From: Candidatus Omnitrophota bacterium | GTDB lineage: Bacteria > Omnitrophota > Gorgyraeia > VGKN01 | DNA length: 41,941 bases | Reading direction: 5' to 3' | NCBI GenBank assembly: GCA_020052955.1 | Contig: JAGVOB010000163.1 | Coordinates: 1-41,941 of the forward strand | Part shown: one piece after another, positions 29,016 through 38,793 of the stretch | Layout of the letters: each line of letters opens with the position of its first letter | Position numbering within the stretch: the stretch's first letter is position 1 | Translations under genes and position numbers: made by a program | The notes under the pieces: model-generated | The model's database searches: none | Told to the model about the DNA's origin: nothing | What the model saw: the letters and a program-made list of their open reading frames with translations, nothing else

Positions 29016-30073
29016 CGGGAAAAATATCCTTTCAATGCGCGTAATACGATCTCCATTTTCTCCTTAGGCCCGGTGGTAATCCGCAGATAATCCCGCAGGA
29101 ACGAATCCTCCGAAGGCAGGTAAATCAATACGCCTTTTGATTTTAAATAAGCATATACGTCTTTTCTCTTACCGTATACCTTTGCTAATACAAAATTAGC
29201 ATGCCCTTTAATAATTTCTAAACCCATCCTCTTTAAACCTGCCGCGAGATACTTCTTGCCTTCAGATTCAACTTTAACATAATTCTGGATATGCTTTGGA
29301 TGGTCAAGGATATATTCCGCGACTTTTAAAGCAAAGGTATGCGCCTCATACATCGGCCTAACTTTAAAGAAAGCCTCGATGGTATCCGGATGGCTTACCG
29401 CATATCCCAGACGTATGGATGCCGCACCTAAGGCCTTGGAAAATGTTCTCAGCACTATGAGGTTATCAAAACGTTGTGTCAATTTGAGGACAGTATGAGG
29501 ATAAAAATGAAAATAAGCTTCATCAATTAACACCGCTATACCCAACCGATTAGCCTTACGGATAATCTCCCTTAAAAAATCGAGCTCTAATACAGTGCCG
29601 GTCGGGCTATTAGGATTAGCCAGAGCGATAAGTTTAGTTCTTTTTGATACCGATACCGTCAATTTCTTCTTATCAACGCTGAAATCATTTTTAAAACCAA
29701 CTCCTATTTTTCTTGCTCCAAAAATCTTAATATATATATCATACATTGCATAGGTGGGATCCAGAACCACAACCGAATCCCCGGGTTCAACAAAAACCTC
29801 AAAGGCGCTTTTAATACCGCCATCGGAACCATTGGTAAGCAATATCCGTTCCTCGGGAACCCCCAGGTATCCGGAAAGTTTCTTGTAAAGGCGGCAAGGC
29901 TCAGGATACATTGAAAACTCCTCGGGCCTGATAGAGCTATATATGCAGGACAACGCTTTTTTATCCCAATCCAGCATACCTTCATTCTTATCCGCCCGAA
30001 CATAACCTATCCGCGATTCATTAACTCTGGGGAAACGATTTAATTTCCTTATTCTTTCTTTAATTTTTATCAT
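29012..30073 (-). CDS. HisC/CobD-like PLP enzyme (class I/II aminotransferase or phospho-amino-acid decarboxylase)
   Basis: Motifs DKNE, YP, TNGSD, NPNSPTG, DEAY, RTFSK...RLGY, ANF and RITTG. Confidence 0.87.
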   Translation of the reverse strand: MIKIKERIRKLNRFPRVNESRIGYVRADKNEGMLDWDKKALSCIYSSIRPEEFSMYPEPCRLYKKLSGYLGVPEERILLTNGSDGGIKSAFEVFVEPGDSVVVLDPTYAMYDIYIKIFGARKIGVGFKNDFSVDKKKLTVSVSKRTKLIALANPNSPTGTVLELDFLREIIRKANRLGIAVLIDEAYFHFYPHTVLKLTQRFDNLIVLRTFSKALGAASIRLGYAVSHPDTIEAFFKVRPMYEAHTFALKVAEYILDHPKHIQNYVKVESEGKKYLAAGLKRMGLEIIKGHANFVLAKVYGKRKDVYAYLKSKGVLIYLPSEDSFLRDYLRITTGPKEKMEIVLRALKGYFSR

Positions 30074-30083
30074 GTATTTAAGT

Positions 30084-31613
30084 TTATTTTAATTTATTTA
30101 AATGCAATTTAGCTTTTACAAGGGCAGCACAGTAGTTAACACACTCCTTTATCACCTTGTTAATCTTATCTCTCGAAAAGTATTTTCTATAAAATAGAAA
30201 TATTGTGCAACTCCATACCACTATCTGAGTAAACAAGGAAACAACCCCTACCAACCAGAAGCTCCTTACTTCGCGTATTAGATAGTTATGAAAGAAAGAA
30301 AAAGCTACGCTTAATACGCAAGGAATGCCCGCCAACTTTATAAAAACAAGCAATTCTTGTTTGTTCTCGAATATATAGCCTCGGACAAAATAGTAATTAA
30401 TCAGGGTGACTAAACCCTGAACCGAAACATTTATTAAGGCGATGGCTTTAATCCCGTATCCCATACGTATAGCAGTTAGATTAAAAATAACATTTAAGAT
30501 AAACCCGGCGATATAACTATTCAAGGAAAGAGCTTGTTTATTCACAGACGAACATTGCAAGATTAAAGCCGGGATTATAAGAAGGGCAATCATATAAAGA
30601 TTGCAGGAGAGTATAATAAATATTGCTATGCTGTCTATAAATTTTCTGGTCACTAATTCTGTCAGGAAATAAAAACAAATTTGTAAAAATGGTATCATTA
30701 TAGCGGCAGCTAACGCTAGATAAATAATTATCCGTTTGCTATCGTAGAATATATGCGCACGATGCTGGGCCTGGCCTGCCTTAGTCCAAAGGACAGGGGC
30801 AAGTACGTTTCCGAAATCCCTTAAGAATATCGAACCGAGGCTGGTATAGACTGCGGCATACGAATAGATGCCTAATACATTAAGGGGCAAAAGGCTAGCG
30901 ATGGTTGTTCGGTCGATAAGCTGATACCCCCAATAGACTAAGGCCAGTGAACTAAAGGTAATACCTACCTTAAATAACCGTTTAGTCTCTATCCAATCAA
31001 ATGAAAAACGGTAATTAATCCTCCCCTTTTTCCAGTAGTATTGGGCGGCAAGAAAAGCCCCTATAATAGGCGCAAGCAATACCGCATAAATTTTCAGCCA
31101 GTATATAAAAATTATAACTGCTGAAGTCGTAGCCACAGCCTGGATTAAATCGGATTTAGCCACCAGGTTAAACCTCTGGCGCACAAAATTCACCCCTCGC
31201 CAACATGCGGCTAAATGACTTATGGCAAAGGTGCATGCGGTCAAAAGAAAGCCTATTTTTAAAGTTCGGTCGGTAAAAAATAAGGAAGCGGCTGTGATAA
31301 CCGCAAACGGCAGCAAAGAATATAGCAAATCTGAAGTAAGAGAAATATTTTGCAACCGGATAGCCTCACTATCATTATTATTTCCTATTAGATGCGCCAT
31401 TTGCCTATTACTTGCTGATAATAACCCCGGATTAATCAGGGCAGCATATGTAGACCATAAACCTAAAAAACTTATAATACCGTAATCCTTGGGAGCCAGA
31501 ACCATAGCTATAATAATTGACTTAGGTATAGATAAAATATTAGAAATAATGCCTACCAGATTAAATTTTCCGGATTGCTTTAATATATCGACTACGCTAA
31601 TTTGCTTTGTCAT
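30084..31613 (-). CDS. wzx: Oligosaccharide flippase (Wzx/MOP superfamily)
   Basis: About 12-14 hydrophobic segments, with LAPKDYGI, IDR...LG.YS and G..A patterns. Confidence 0.75.
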   Translation of the reverse strand: MTKQISVVDILKQSGKFNLVGIISNILSIPKSIIIAMVLAPKDYGIISFLGLWSTYAALINPGLLSASNRQMAHLIGNNNDSEAIRLQNISLTSDLLYSLLPFAVITAASLFFTDRTLKIGFLLTACTFAISHLAACWRGVNFVRQRFNLVAKSDLIQAVATTSAVIIFIYWLKIYAVLLAPIIGAFLAAQYYWKKGRINYRFSFDWIETKRLFKVGITFSSLALVYWGYQLIDRTTIASLLPLNVLGIYSYAAVYTSLGSIFLRDFGNVLAPVLWTKAGQAQHRAHIFYDSKRIIIYLALAAAIMIPFLQICFYFLTELVTRKFIDSIAIFIILSCNLYMIALLIIPALILQCSSVNKQALSLNSYIAGFILNVIFNLTAIRMGYGIKAIALINVSVQGLVTLINYYFVRGYIFENKQELLVFIKLAGIPCVLSVAFSFFHNYLIREVRSFWLVGVVSLFTQIVVWSCTIFLFYRKYFSRDKINKVIKECVNYCAALVKAKLHLNKLK

Positions 31614-33519
31614 ACGATTTCATAAGCGCTCTTGTAATGTTATCTTTCGGATCGCCTTTATACACGCAATACTTCTCCATAAATTCTGTATTATTTAAAT
31701 CTTTTATCTCGCGCCTGCCCTTCATAAAATCCTCAACCTTATTCAGAAAATCCTCAATAGTATTACAAACTATCGCCCTCTTCTGCAACAGAAAGGCGGC
31801 CTCATCTGTAAGGCTTAAAAACATACTGTCGTTATATACCAAAATATGGCTCTTAGTAACAAGAGACTCATTCAAGGGGGTGCTTTGCTGCTCTATCAAA
31901 ACTAAGTCCGGATTATATATCTCCAGTGATTTCTTAAAAGAAATATTATCAATAACGGTAAACTTATCCGGATACCGGGCTTCAATATACTGTTTCAGAT
32001 AATGGTTATCGTAAGTACCGCAAAGAAATTTGAGCACTATTCTGCACTTAGGAAAACTTGCTAATTTATCAATTATCTTAGTTTGCAGCTTATAAATTGA
32101 CGGGATGGTGAACTCCGAAGCGAAAAATATATTTTCAAATGTTACCCCTATAAGGTATAAAATATTTACGTGTTTATTTTTATTTCCCTTAGAATTATAA
32201 CTTTTCGCGAAATCAGATATCGCAACAGAGCCAACCGGAATTACTACCGGTATTTTCTTTTCAGCCGGGTATCTTCTTTCAATAACATCGCGGCCGAAAC
32301 CGTATGAAAAATAATAATCACAATGATTCAGGTCTAAATCATAAAAAGCTTGGCCCATATAATTCGATCCATACACCCCTCCGTGCTGCATGCCGAACCG
32401 CGGCACATTATTCAGACGGAAAAACTCATTAACTATGCCGGCAGGATATCTATGGGGAGGATTACCCCAACAAACCATATCTATCGCAGTAGTATTATGC
32501 AACTCTTTAGCTGCTTTCCAATAATTCAGAATATTGGGCATTTTTCTTTCATAGAAACGCTTAATAAGAGGCACTAGATAAGAGTAAAGGTTTATAGCGT
32601 TATTATCGTTATTTTTCAGTATTTCATTATCAAAATTTAATTCATGCAAATTAAATTCGCCTTCATTTTTTTTATGTCCGTCTTTGTCTAGAAAGAAATC
32701 GCTAATGGGCTGCTTCTGCAAAAATTCCGGATTCATATTGTTATCTATATCCCAGAAAATTAAATTGAATTTCTCTTTAATCTCATTTGACGATGCAACA
32801 AAATCTAAATCGTAAAGCGGCTTCATAAAAAGGATATTCTTTTTACCCGCCGAGTATGGCAACATGGCTTCATGCCTTTTTTTAGCATAATGCCTAAGGG
32901 CCCGATAAAACACCTTAATTTTATTCATAAGATATTCAAATTTATAGGCATTTTTATGCCGACAAGGATTATTAGCCGTTAAATTAACTTTTAATGCTAG
33001 AATCGGCGGCTTTTTGTTATAATTCCAGGATTCCAACAATTTCCAGGTAATATTATCCGGGAAGAAAAAGGCGTTTTCTCTACTGTTGCCGCATAAGTCA
33101 ATCGGATTACCATTGTGCGGATAATTTAAACTAGCTATACTTTCGTGCTCTGTTATAGCTTCCAGGCCTTTTATCAGCCTAAAACTTCCAACTACAAACC
33201 TCTTAAATAAATAATTCATAGATACATAGAAAAAATTTATATCTTGTCTGCCAAATATTTGGCCATATACTTTTCTATTGTTCTCATCAAACCAGACAAT
33301 CGACTTATCCACCAACTCTGAAGCTTCCCGCGTAATCTTGTCTATTTCTTTATTCGGAAGATAATCAAATATACCTATGGCAGAAATACCTCTCTCCTTT
33401 TCAAGAAAAGAACGAATATAGGCGCTGTACGCAACAGGTATATATCTATGCTTAAGCTCAGCAAGAAAATAATCTGCATAACCAATGTTGTCTAAAAGAA
33501 GACAATCTTTTTTTTGCAT
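31597..33519 (-). CDS. Hypothetical surface-carbohydrate protein, putative GT-B type (nonulosonate?) transferase
   Basis: Soluble 640-aa protein with GMQHGGVYG, YFSYG and ST..E motifs. It lies between the NeuA/NeuB genes and the flippase. Confidence 0.5.
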   Translation of the reverse strand: MQKKDCLLLDNIGYADYFLAELKHRYIPVAYSAYIRSFLEKERGISAIGIFDYLPNKEIDKITREASELVDKSIVWFDENNRKVYGQIFGRQDINFFYVSMNYLFKRFVVGSFRLIKGLEAITEHESIASLNYPHNGNPIDLCGNSRENAFFFPDNITWKLLESWNYNKKPPILALKVNLTANNPCRHKNAYKFEYLMNKIKVFYRALRHYAKKRHEAMLPYSAGKKNILFMKPLYDLDFVASSNEIKEKFNLIFWDIDNNMNPEFLQKQPISDFFLDKDGHKKNEGEFNLHELNFDNEILKNNDNNAINLYSYLVPLIKRFYERKMPNILNYWKAAKELHNTTAIDMVCWGNPPHRYPAGIVNEFFRLNNVPRFGMQHGGVYGSNYMGQAFYDLDLNHCDYYFSYGFGRDVIERRYPAEKKIPVVIPVGSVAISDFAKSYNSKGNKNKHVNILYLIGVTFENIFFASEFTIPSIYKLQTKIIDKLASFPKCRIVLKFLCGTYDNHYLKQYIEARYPDKFTVIDNISFKKSLEIYNPDLVLIEQQSTPLNESLVTKSHILVYNDSMFLSLTDEAAFLLQKRAIVCNTIEDFLNKVEDFMKGRREIKDLNNTEFMEKYCVYKGDPKDNITRALMKSYDKAN

Positions 33520-34395
33520 CTATTTCTTAATAGTCCATACCGCAGTAATCATATTGCCCCAAAAGGGCACGGAATCTTTAATAATGTCTCTGCGCCCTTT
33601 CGCGATTAATAAAATATCTCTTTTCATTTTTTCATAATCCCTGGGCAGATTAGCATAGGGTGTCTCTTCATAAAAATATTTTTTTTCCACTAACTCAAAC
33701 CCAAAAGGATGCAATATCTTATCTAATAAATCTACACTAAAAAAATGTAAATGCTCAATGGGAGTGAACAACCTCCATTTTTCCCGATATACTTCTGCGC
33801 AGAAAGATTCAATATTCGGCGTAGCTGTTATAAAAAGCATACCTTTATTTCTTAAAATAGAGGCACATTTTTTAAGATAACTTCCTGGTTCAATACAATG
33901 CTCTATAACGCCCCTTAAAACAACTAAATCAAATTTCTCCTTGCCTAAATCTAAATCTGAGAAATCTCCCTCAATTACTTCTATGCCAAATTTTTTCTTT
34001 GCATAATGCGCTGCGTTCGAATCTATTTCTATTCCCTTACGCTTCCACTTCCGCCGGTCAAACTCGTTTAAGAAAAACCCTCCTGAACAGCCTAAATCCA
34101 ATACGCTTCCCCGGCTTATAAATTTATTTATAAACTCATATTCCAACTTATACATTATCTTCCTATCATGGCACAGGACCTTATTCTCAAAGCGATTCCT
34201 GAGGTATGTGCCGTAAAAGATTTTAAGCCCATCTTCATTTATATGGGGATTTACCGAAACCATCCCGCATCCACGGCACCTAAGGGCTCCCAGATAATAC
34301 AGCCTGCCCCATAAATAAAACTTATTACTTCCGCAGATAATACAATTCCTTTTCTTATCGATATACTTCTTTAATCTCTTATAGACTTCTTCCAT
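33520..34395 (-). CDS. Class I SAM methyltransferase with N-terminal CxxC/CxxC zinc site
   Basis: CIIC...CRGC, VLDLGCSGG, GVIEH, TPN and EHL..FS. Confidence 0.88.
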   Translation of the reverse strand: MEEVYKRLKKYIDKKRNCIICGSNKFYLWGRLYYLGALRCRGCGMVSVNPHINEDGLKIFYGTYLRNRFENKVLCHDRKIMYKLEYEFINKFISRGSVLDLGCSGGFFLNEFDRRKWKRKGIEIDSNAAHYAKKKFGIEVIEGDFSDLDLGKEKFDLVVLRGVIEHCIEPGSYLKKCASILRNKGMLFITATPNIESFCAEVYREKWRLFTPIEHLHFFSVDLLDKILHPFGFELVEKKYFYEETPYANLPRDYEKMKRDILLIAKGRRDIIKDSVPFWGNMITAVWTIKK

Positions 34396-34399
34396 TAAT

Positions 34400-35452
34400 T
34401 TAAACTGTTAGGAAAATACTTTTAATCTTTTTGATCTTCTGTATATCTTCTTCGCTGATATTTCTTATTATATCCCCCATCCCATCCGCTATTCCTAAAC
34501 ATCTTGTCGGTTGAATAATATTATCTACTATAACATCCCCGTGCCTACCCATCATTCCACCCGCAACAATGTTTATCCCTTCCACTGTCCTTCTGCCAAT
34601 GACCTCACTAAGCAACTTTTCGGTTGCTAGAATATTCGCAACAACACCCTCAAAACCCGCCCTTATGTCCAATCTTAATACGGTATGGCCATGCCTCTCT
34701 GCAAAGGCAATTGCATGTTTAAAAATACTGCCTTTACCTACATCGACAATTAATGCATTTTCATTTAACAGTTTTACCATCTCGGTATTAACCGCCGGCT
34801 CACCCGCTGTAGCCGCAATAAGAATGTCAGCGTTCTTCACAGCTTCCCGGTTTGATTTAAATGCCTTCACAATAGCTAGAGTCTGCGCAGGTTTAATTAA
34901 ATTTAAGGCTTTTGCAATAGCAAACGCTTTTTTGTAATCTCTCCTCGCAATATTAACCCAAGCACCTCTTTCAACCAAACGAAGAGCAATTTTGGAGCCT
35001 ATATTCCCTACGCCTATAATGGCTACTTTTTTCCCGCCTATCTTATATACAAATTGCGCCAGCAGCATATCAATAGCATCTACTGTAAGATCATTAGCTT
35101 TGAATGTAAAAACCTTGGATTTCTTAACTGTTTCTTTAACCAGGCGTTCTATATTACCGCCTATCCAATCTCCATATTCACTCTGGATTATCTTCTTCTC
35201 GGCATCAACTAGAATATATTCCACCTTGCCGTCTACATAACCGGCAATCTCTTTGGCTTGTTGCGGATTATATACAATCGCATTACCGGCAATGGCAAGC
35301 CTAGTTACCCTTAGGGGCGGGAAATATAAGCCTTCTCTATCGAGCTTTCTAGTATTGGCGATAGTAAACATTGTATGTTTGCCGCCAACAGCATGATGCT
35401 TTATATCGCGTAAGATTAAATCTATTTGCTTCTTAAGATCTTTTTTAGACAT
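34400..35452 (-). CDS. NAD(P)-binding domain protein (shikimate dehydrogenase/glutamyl-tRNA reductase-like Rossmann domain), function unknown
   Basis: KKVAIIGVGNIG, ADILIAAT and IVDVG. The N-terminal part was not recognised. Confidence 0.65.
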   Translation of the reverse strand: MSKKDLKKQIDLILRDIKHHAVGGKHTMFTIANTRKLDREGLYFPPLRVTRLAIAGNAIVYNPQQAKEIAGYVDGKVEYILVDAEKKIIQSEYGDWIGGNIERLVKETVKKSKVFTFKANDLTVDAIDMLLAQFVYKIGGKKVAIIGVGNIGSKIALRLVERGAWVNIARRDYKKAFAIAKALNLIKPAQTLAIVKAFKSNREAVKNADILIAATAGEPAVNTEMVKLLNENALIVDVGKGSIFKHAIAFAERHGHTVLRLDIRAGFEGVVANILATEKLLSEVIGRRTVEGINIVAGGMMGRHGDVIVDNIIQPTRCLGIADGMGDIIRNISEEDIQKIKKIKSIFLTV

Positions 35453-37820
35453 CGTTCCAGGTAATAGGATGGTCTTTAGGCACAGCCCGTTTTACTTTCC
35501 TTCCAATGACTAAATCAATATACTTAGGCATAATCCCATGGCCGGGGCCTTTTATGTCTATCTTATCCGAATCTAGGAGCTCGCCGATAGCCAAATCCTT
35601 AGCGGCAAAAATACTCTTTCTGAATTTATTAATCGTTTCAAATTCAGCCGGCCGAATAACTTTTACTCCATCTCCTAGTATCTGTAAAATTTTCGAAGAA
35701 TTACTTACCAATTCAGCCATTTCGTCAGGGTCAGAAGACAGTATATGGTCCGGTCCTTCCAAGTACTTATTAAGCGTAAAATGCCTCTCGATAACATTAG
35801 CGCCCAAGCCAATAGCCAAATTAGCAGTCAGTAGACCGATACTATGGTCAGAATAACCAACAGGCAACTTAAATGCCGTTTTTAATGTACTGATAACTTT
35901 CAGGTTTGCATCTTCCATATGCATAGGATAATCAGATACACAATGCAAAAGTATAACATTTTTATTCCCGGTTTTGGTGATAACCTCTAAGGCCTCTTCT
36001 ACCATAGCTAAATTAGACATGCCTGTAGATAAAATAATCGGTTTCTGCTTAGAGGCTGTATAACTTAAGAGCCTATGGTTAACTAAATCAAAGGAAGAAA
36101 TTTTATAGCATCCGACCCCCACCATCTCAAGAATATCCACATCTTCTTCGCTGAAGGGGGTTGAAAAAAAAGGAATACCATTTCTTTTTGAATATCGATA
36201 TAGTAACTTAAATTCATTTTCCGTAAATTCGAGCCTGGAAAACATATCATAATAGTTCTCTTCCATGCTTAATGTCTTTTCAAAATAATTTGCGCTTTTT
36301 ACCTTAGAAGATACTCTTTTTTCGGCTTTAAAAGTTTGAAACTTAACCGCATCACAGCCTGCTTCTTTGGCCTTCCGTATCAATTCTTTGGCTATCCTGA
36401 TGTTTCCATTATGGTTTAAGCCTGCCTCTGCGATGATAAGCGGTTTATAGCCATCCCCCACTAACTTACCCAAAATATTAACTACGCTGTTAAAGCCAAA
36501 TTTATACCCTTGCCTGATATTTATATTCTTAGAATAGTAATCACTTGAAATCAATTCCGCAAGGTCAACGCCTTTGGCAAACAATATCTGGATATCCGAG
36601 TAATGAAACTCAGCTAAAGAACCACAATTATATAAGTTTATCAATTTGGATAAAGCGCTGTTTATGTTTGATAATTCAACTTCGTAGCCATAGAAATACT
36701 TCGGATATACTTCATCAATACGCTGTATCATACCAGAGACAAAATCATCGCGGTTTACAAAACCTAATTTCACGAATTGAAGTAAGGTTTCTGCGATTAA
36801 ATGGCTGTTTTTATTTTTGTATAACGGCTCATCCTTATCGCATGCGATTTCAAAACAAAGGGTTGTGGTATCTTTAGAGAGGCCTTCGGAGGAAAACCTC
36901 TTCTGTTCGGTAACCCTATGGAAAATTATGTTAGGGTCATCAAAATATAACCAGTCAAACTTATCTTGAAAAACCAACGGTTTTTTAAATTTCAGAAAAA
37001 CAAAAATGATACTCCGGAACTTCAAATTATTTTTTATTCCCAAAAACCGCGTAAGATGATTTAGGGGAACTGTAGAGATTAAAATACTATCTTTTAAATC
37101 AATGGTCCTTTTTTTATTTATTACTAAAGATAAAACACTGTCTTCATTAGTATTTATCGAAGTGACCTCGGAATTAAGCATTATGTTCCCGGACATCTTC
37201 ACTATCTTTCTTTTCAGGACATCTACAATCTGCCCGCTGCCCCTTCGGCATACTGCACACCATTGGTTACAATAAAAGGCTTCGTATTTCTTTCTTAATT
37301 CTATTCTCTTGGGCGCCCAATTCGTTATCATATCTGCTGTTTTCATGCCCCATATTTTTTTGGGATAATCCTCATAGAATAATTTTTGCAGGGTTGGGCC
37401 AACCAGGGATTCGACATATTTCTTATAATTTGTGGCTATTGCCCTCTTAAAAGGATCAACAGCCTCTAACTCCTTGCGGATTTGATTTTGCAGGTCTGCG
37501 GGAAACTCCTTTATAGTGGAAACGGCTAAAGGATAATCATAAAGTTTGCCGTTTTTGAAATTCTTGCACCAAAACTGTTTCTCCAAAAATATATCCGGAG
37601 ATAATTTCTTCCAATACTTAACAATATTTTTGTTAAAAGAATGGAATAATTTCGGACCAAGATCCACATAATCCCCTTCAAAATCCAAAGTCCTTAAAAG
37701 ACCCCCGGGATTGCCAAGTTTTTCAAGAATAGTCACATTGATGCCTTTTTGCAATAATTCATATGCGGCAACTAAACCGGTGATGCCTGCACCAATTATG
37801 TAAACGTTTTTATCTTTCAT
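35445..37820 (-). CDS. Fusion of an FAD-dependent UDP-galactopyranose-mutase-like domain with a NeuB-family nonulosonate synthase (SAF C-terminus)
   Basis: N-terminal IIGAGITG, GP..FH, Y..K.WG, YP.Y and G.LAEF.Y.D. C-terminal AEAGLNHNG, KFQTF, STGM, LHCVS.YP, GYSDH, ERHFT, GPDH and K.PG.GI.P. Confidence 0.88.
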   Translation of the reverse strand: MKDKNVYIIGAGITGLVAAYELLQKGINVTILEKLGNPGGLLRTLDFEGDYVDLGPKLFHSFNKNIVKYWKKLSPDIFLEKQFWCKNFKNGKLYDYPLAVSTIKEFPADLQNQIRKELEAVDPFKRAIATNYKKYVESLVGPTLQKLFYEDYPKKIWGMKTADMITNWAPKRIELRKKYEAFYCNQWCAVCRRGSGQIVDVLKRKIVKMSGNIMLNSEVTSINTNEDSVLSLVINKKRTIDLKDSILISTVPLNHLTRFLGIKNNLKFRSIIFVFLKFKKPLVFQDKFDWLYFDDPNIIFHRVTEQKRFSSEGLSKDTTTLCFEIACDKDEPLYKNKNSHLIAETLLQFVKLGFVNRDDFVSGMIQRIDEVYPKYFYGYEVELSNINSALSKLINLYNCGSLAEFHYSDIQILFAKGVDLAELISSDYYSKNINIRQGYKFGFNSVVNILGKLVGDGYKPLIIAEAGLNHNGNIRIAKELIRKAKEAGCDAVKFQTFKAEKRVSSKVKSANYFEKTLSMEENYYDMFSRLEFTENEFKLLYRYSKRNGIPFFSTPFSEEDVDILEMVGVGCYKISSFDLVNHRLLSYTASKQKPIILSTGMSNLAMVEEALEVITKTGNKNVILLHCVSDYPMHMEDANLKVISTLKTAFKLPVGYSDHSIGLLTANLAIGLGANVIERHFTLNKYLEGPDHILSSDPDEMAELVSNSSKILQILGDGVKVIRPAEFETINKFRKSIFAAKDLAIGELLDSDKIDIKGPGHGIMPKYIDLVIGRKVKRAVPKDHPITWNDV

Positions 37821-37821
37821 A

Positions 37822-38787
37822 TCATTTGCCTTTCTCGGCAGCCTCTAAAGCAATCCTTAAGACTTCTATGCCTTCTTTTAACGGTATTAAGGTTTGCTTC
37901 CTCTTTTTTATACAATATAGGAAATGTTTGAGTTCGCTTATAAACATACCATTCCTTTCAAACCCTCGGGGGTTCCTCCTGATATATTTTTTACCATTTC
38001 GGCTTTCACTTATCAATATTCCCTCATGGCAATTCCAATAAATTCTTCTTTTCTCGGCTACAATTAACAAATCATGCACTCGGGGCTTTTGAAAATAATC
38101 AACGTGTACATGTCCGATAACCTTATTATTAAATCCCAGTGTGATTTCCGCTATATTTTCCACATCGGTTTTTAAGCCGGGAAGCCTGTCATGAATACAC
38201 GTAACTCTAGAAACCCCGCCAAAAAGCCAATACATATAATCAATCGGATGGATAAGTGTTAGAATAACGCCGCCGCCTAATCTTTTCAAAGCGCTATAGC
38301 CCTTGCGATAATCTTCCCATGGATGCCAATCTGGCAAATACTCCGCCCATCTGGCACTTGCATAAATAACTCTCCCTAATGCCTTATTCTTAACCCAATA
38401 TTTTATAGTTTGCAGGTGCGGATGAAACCGGAACTGACAACCGATAAAAGTAATTAGTCCTTTTTTCTTAACCAAAGAATGTAATTCTTGCAAATGCACC
38501 AGATTATGAGAGACGGGCTTTTCGATAAAAAGGTTGCAGCCGGCTTTTGCACATTTCAATGCAACTTCAACATGCAAAGAAGTGGGATTGGCAATAATTG
38601 CGACATCCGGTTTCTGTGCAAGGGCATCATTAATATCATGATAGGCCGGTAATGAAGAAAATTTATTTATATCCTTCATTACGCTTTTTTGGGTCCTGTA
38701 AAGAATTATATCTTTATATCCTAAACTTATAAGATTAGAGAGATGCCTTGAACCAACTGATCCCAAACCTATAACTAATATTTTCAT
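37822..38787 (-). CDS. Gfo/Idh/MocA family oxidoreductase
   Basis: IGLGSVG.RH, NPT..H, FIEKP and YLPDWHPWEDYR..YS....GGG. Confidence 0.9.
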   Translation of the reverse strand: MKILVIGLGSVGSRHLSNLISLGYKDIILYRTQKSVMKDINKFSSLPAYHDINDALAQKPDVAIIANPTSLHVEVALKCAKAGCNLFIEKPVSHNLVHLQELHSLVKKKGLITFIGCQFRFHPHLQTIKYWVKNKALGRVIYASARWAEYLPDWHPWEDYRKGYSALKRLGGGVILTLIHPIDYMYWLFGGVSRVTCIHDRLPGLKTDVENIAEITLGFNNKVIGHVHVDYFQKPRVHDLLIVAEKRRIYWNCHEGILISESRNGKKYIRRNPRGFERNGMFISELKHFLYCIKKRKQTLIPLKEGIEVLRIALEAAEKGK

Positions 38788-38793
38788 TTTATA

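Noticed and set aside
24106-30073. Phosphonate or O-methyl phosphoramidate pathway
   Set aside because: No PEP mutase, phosphonopyruvate decarboxylase, glutamine kinase or CDP-phosphoramidate kinase is visible in the window, although they could be elsewhere in the genome.
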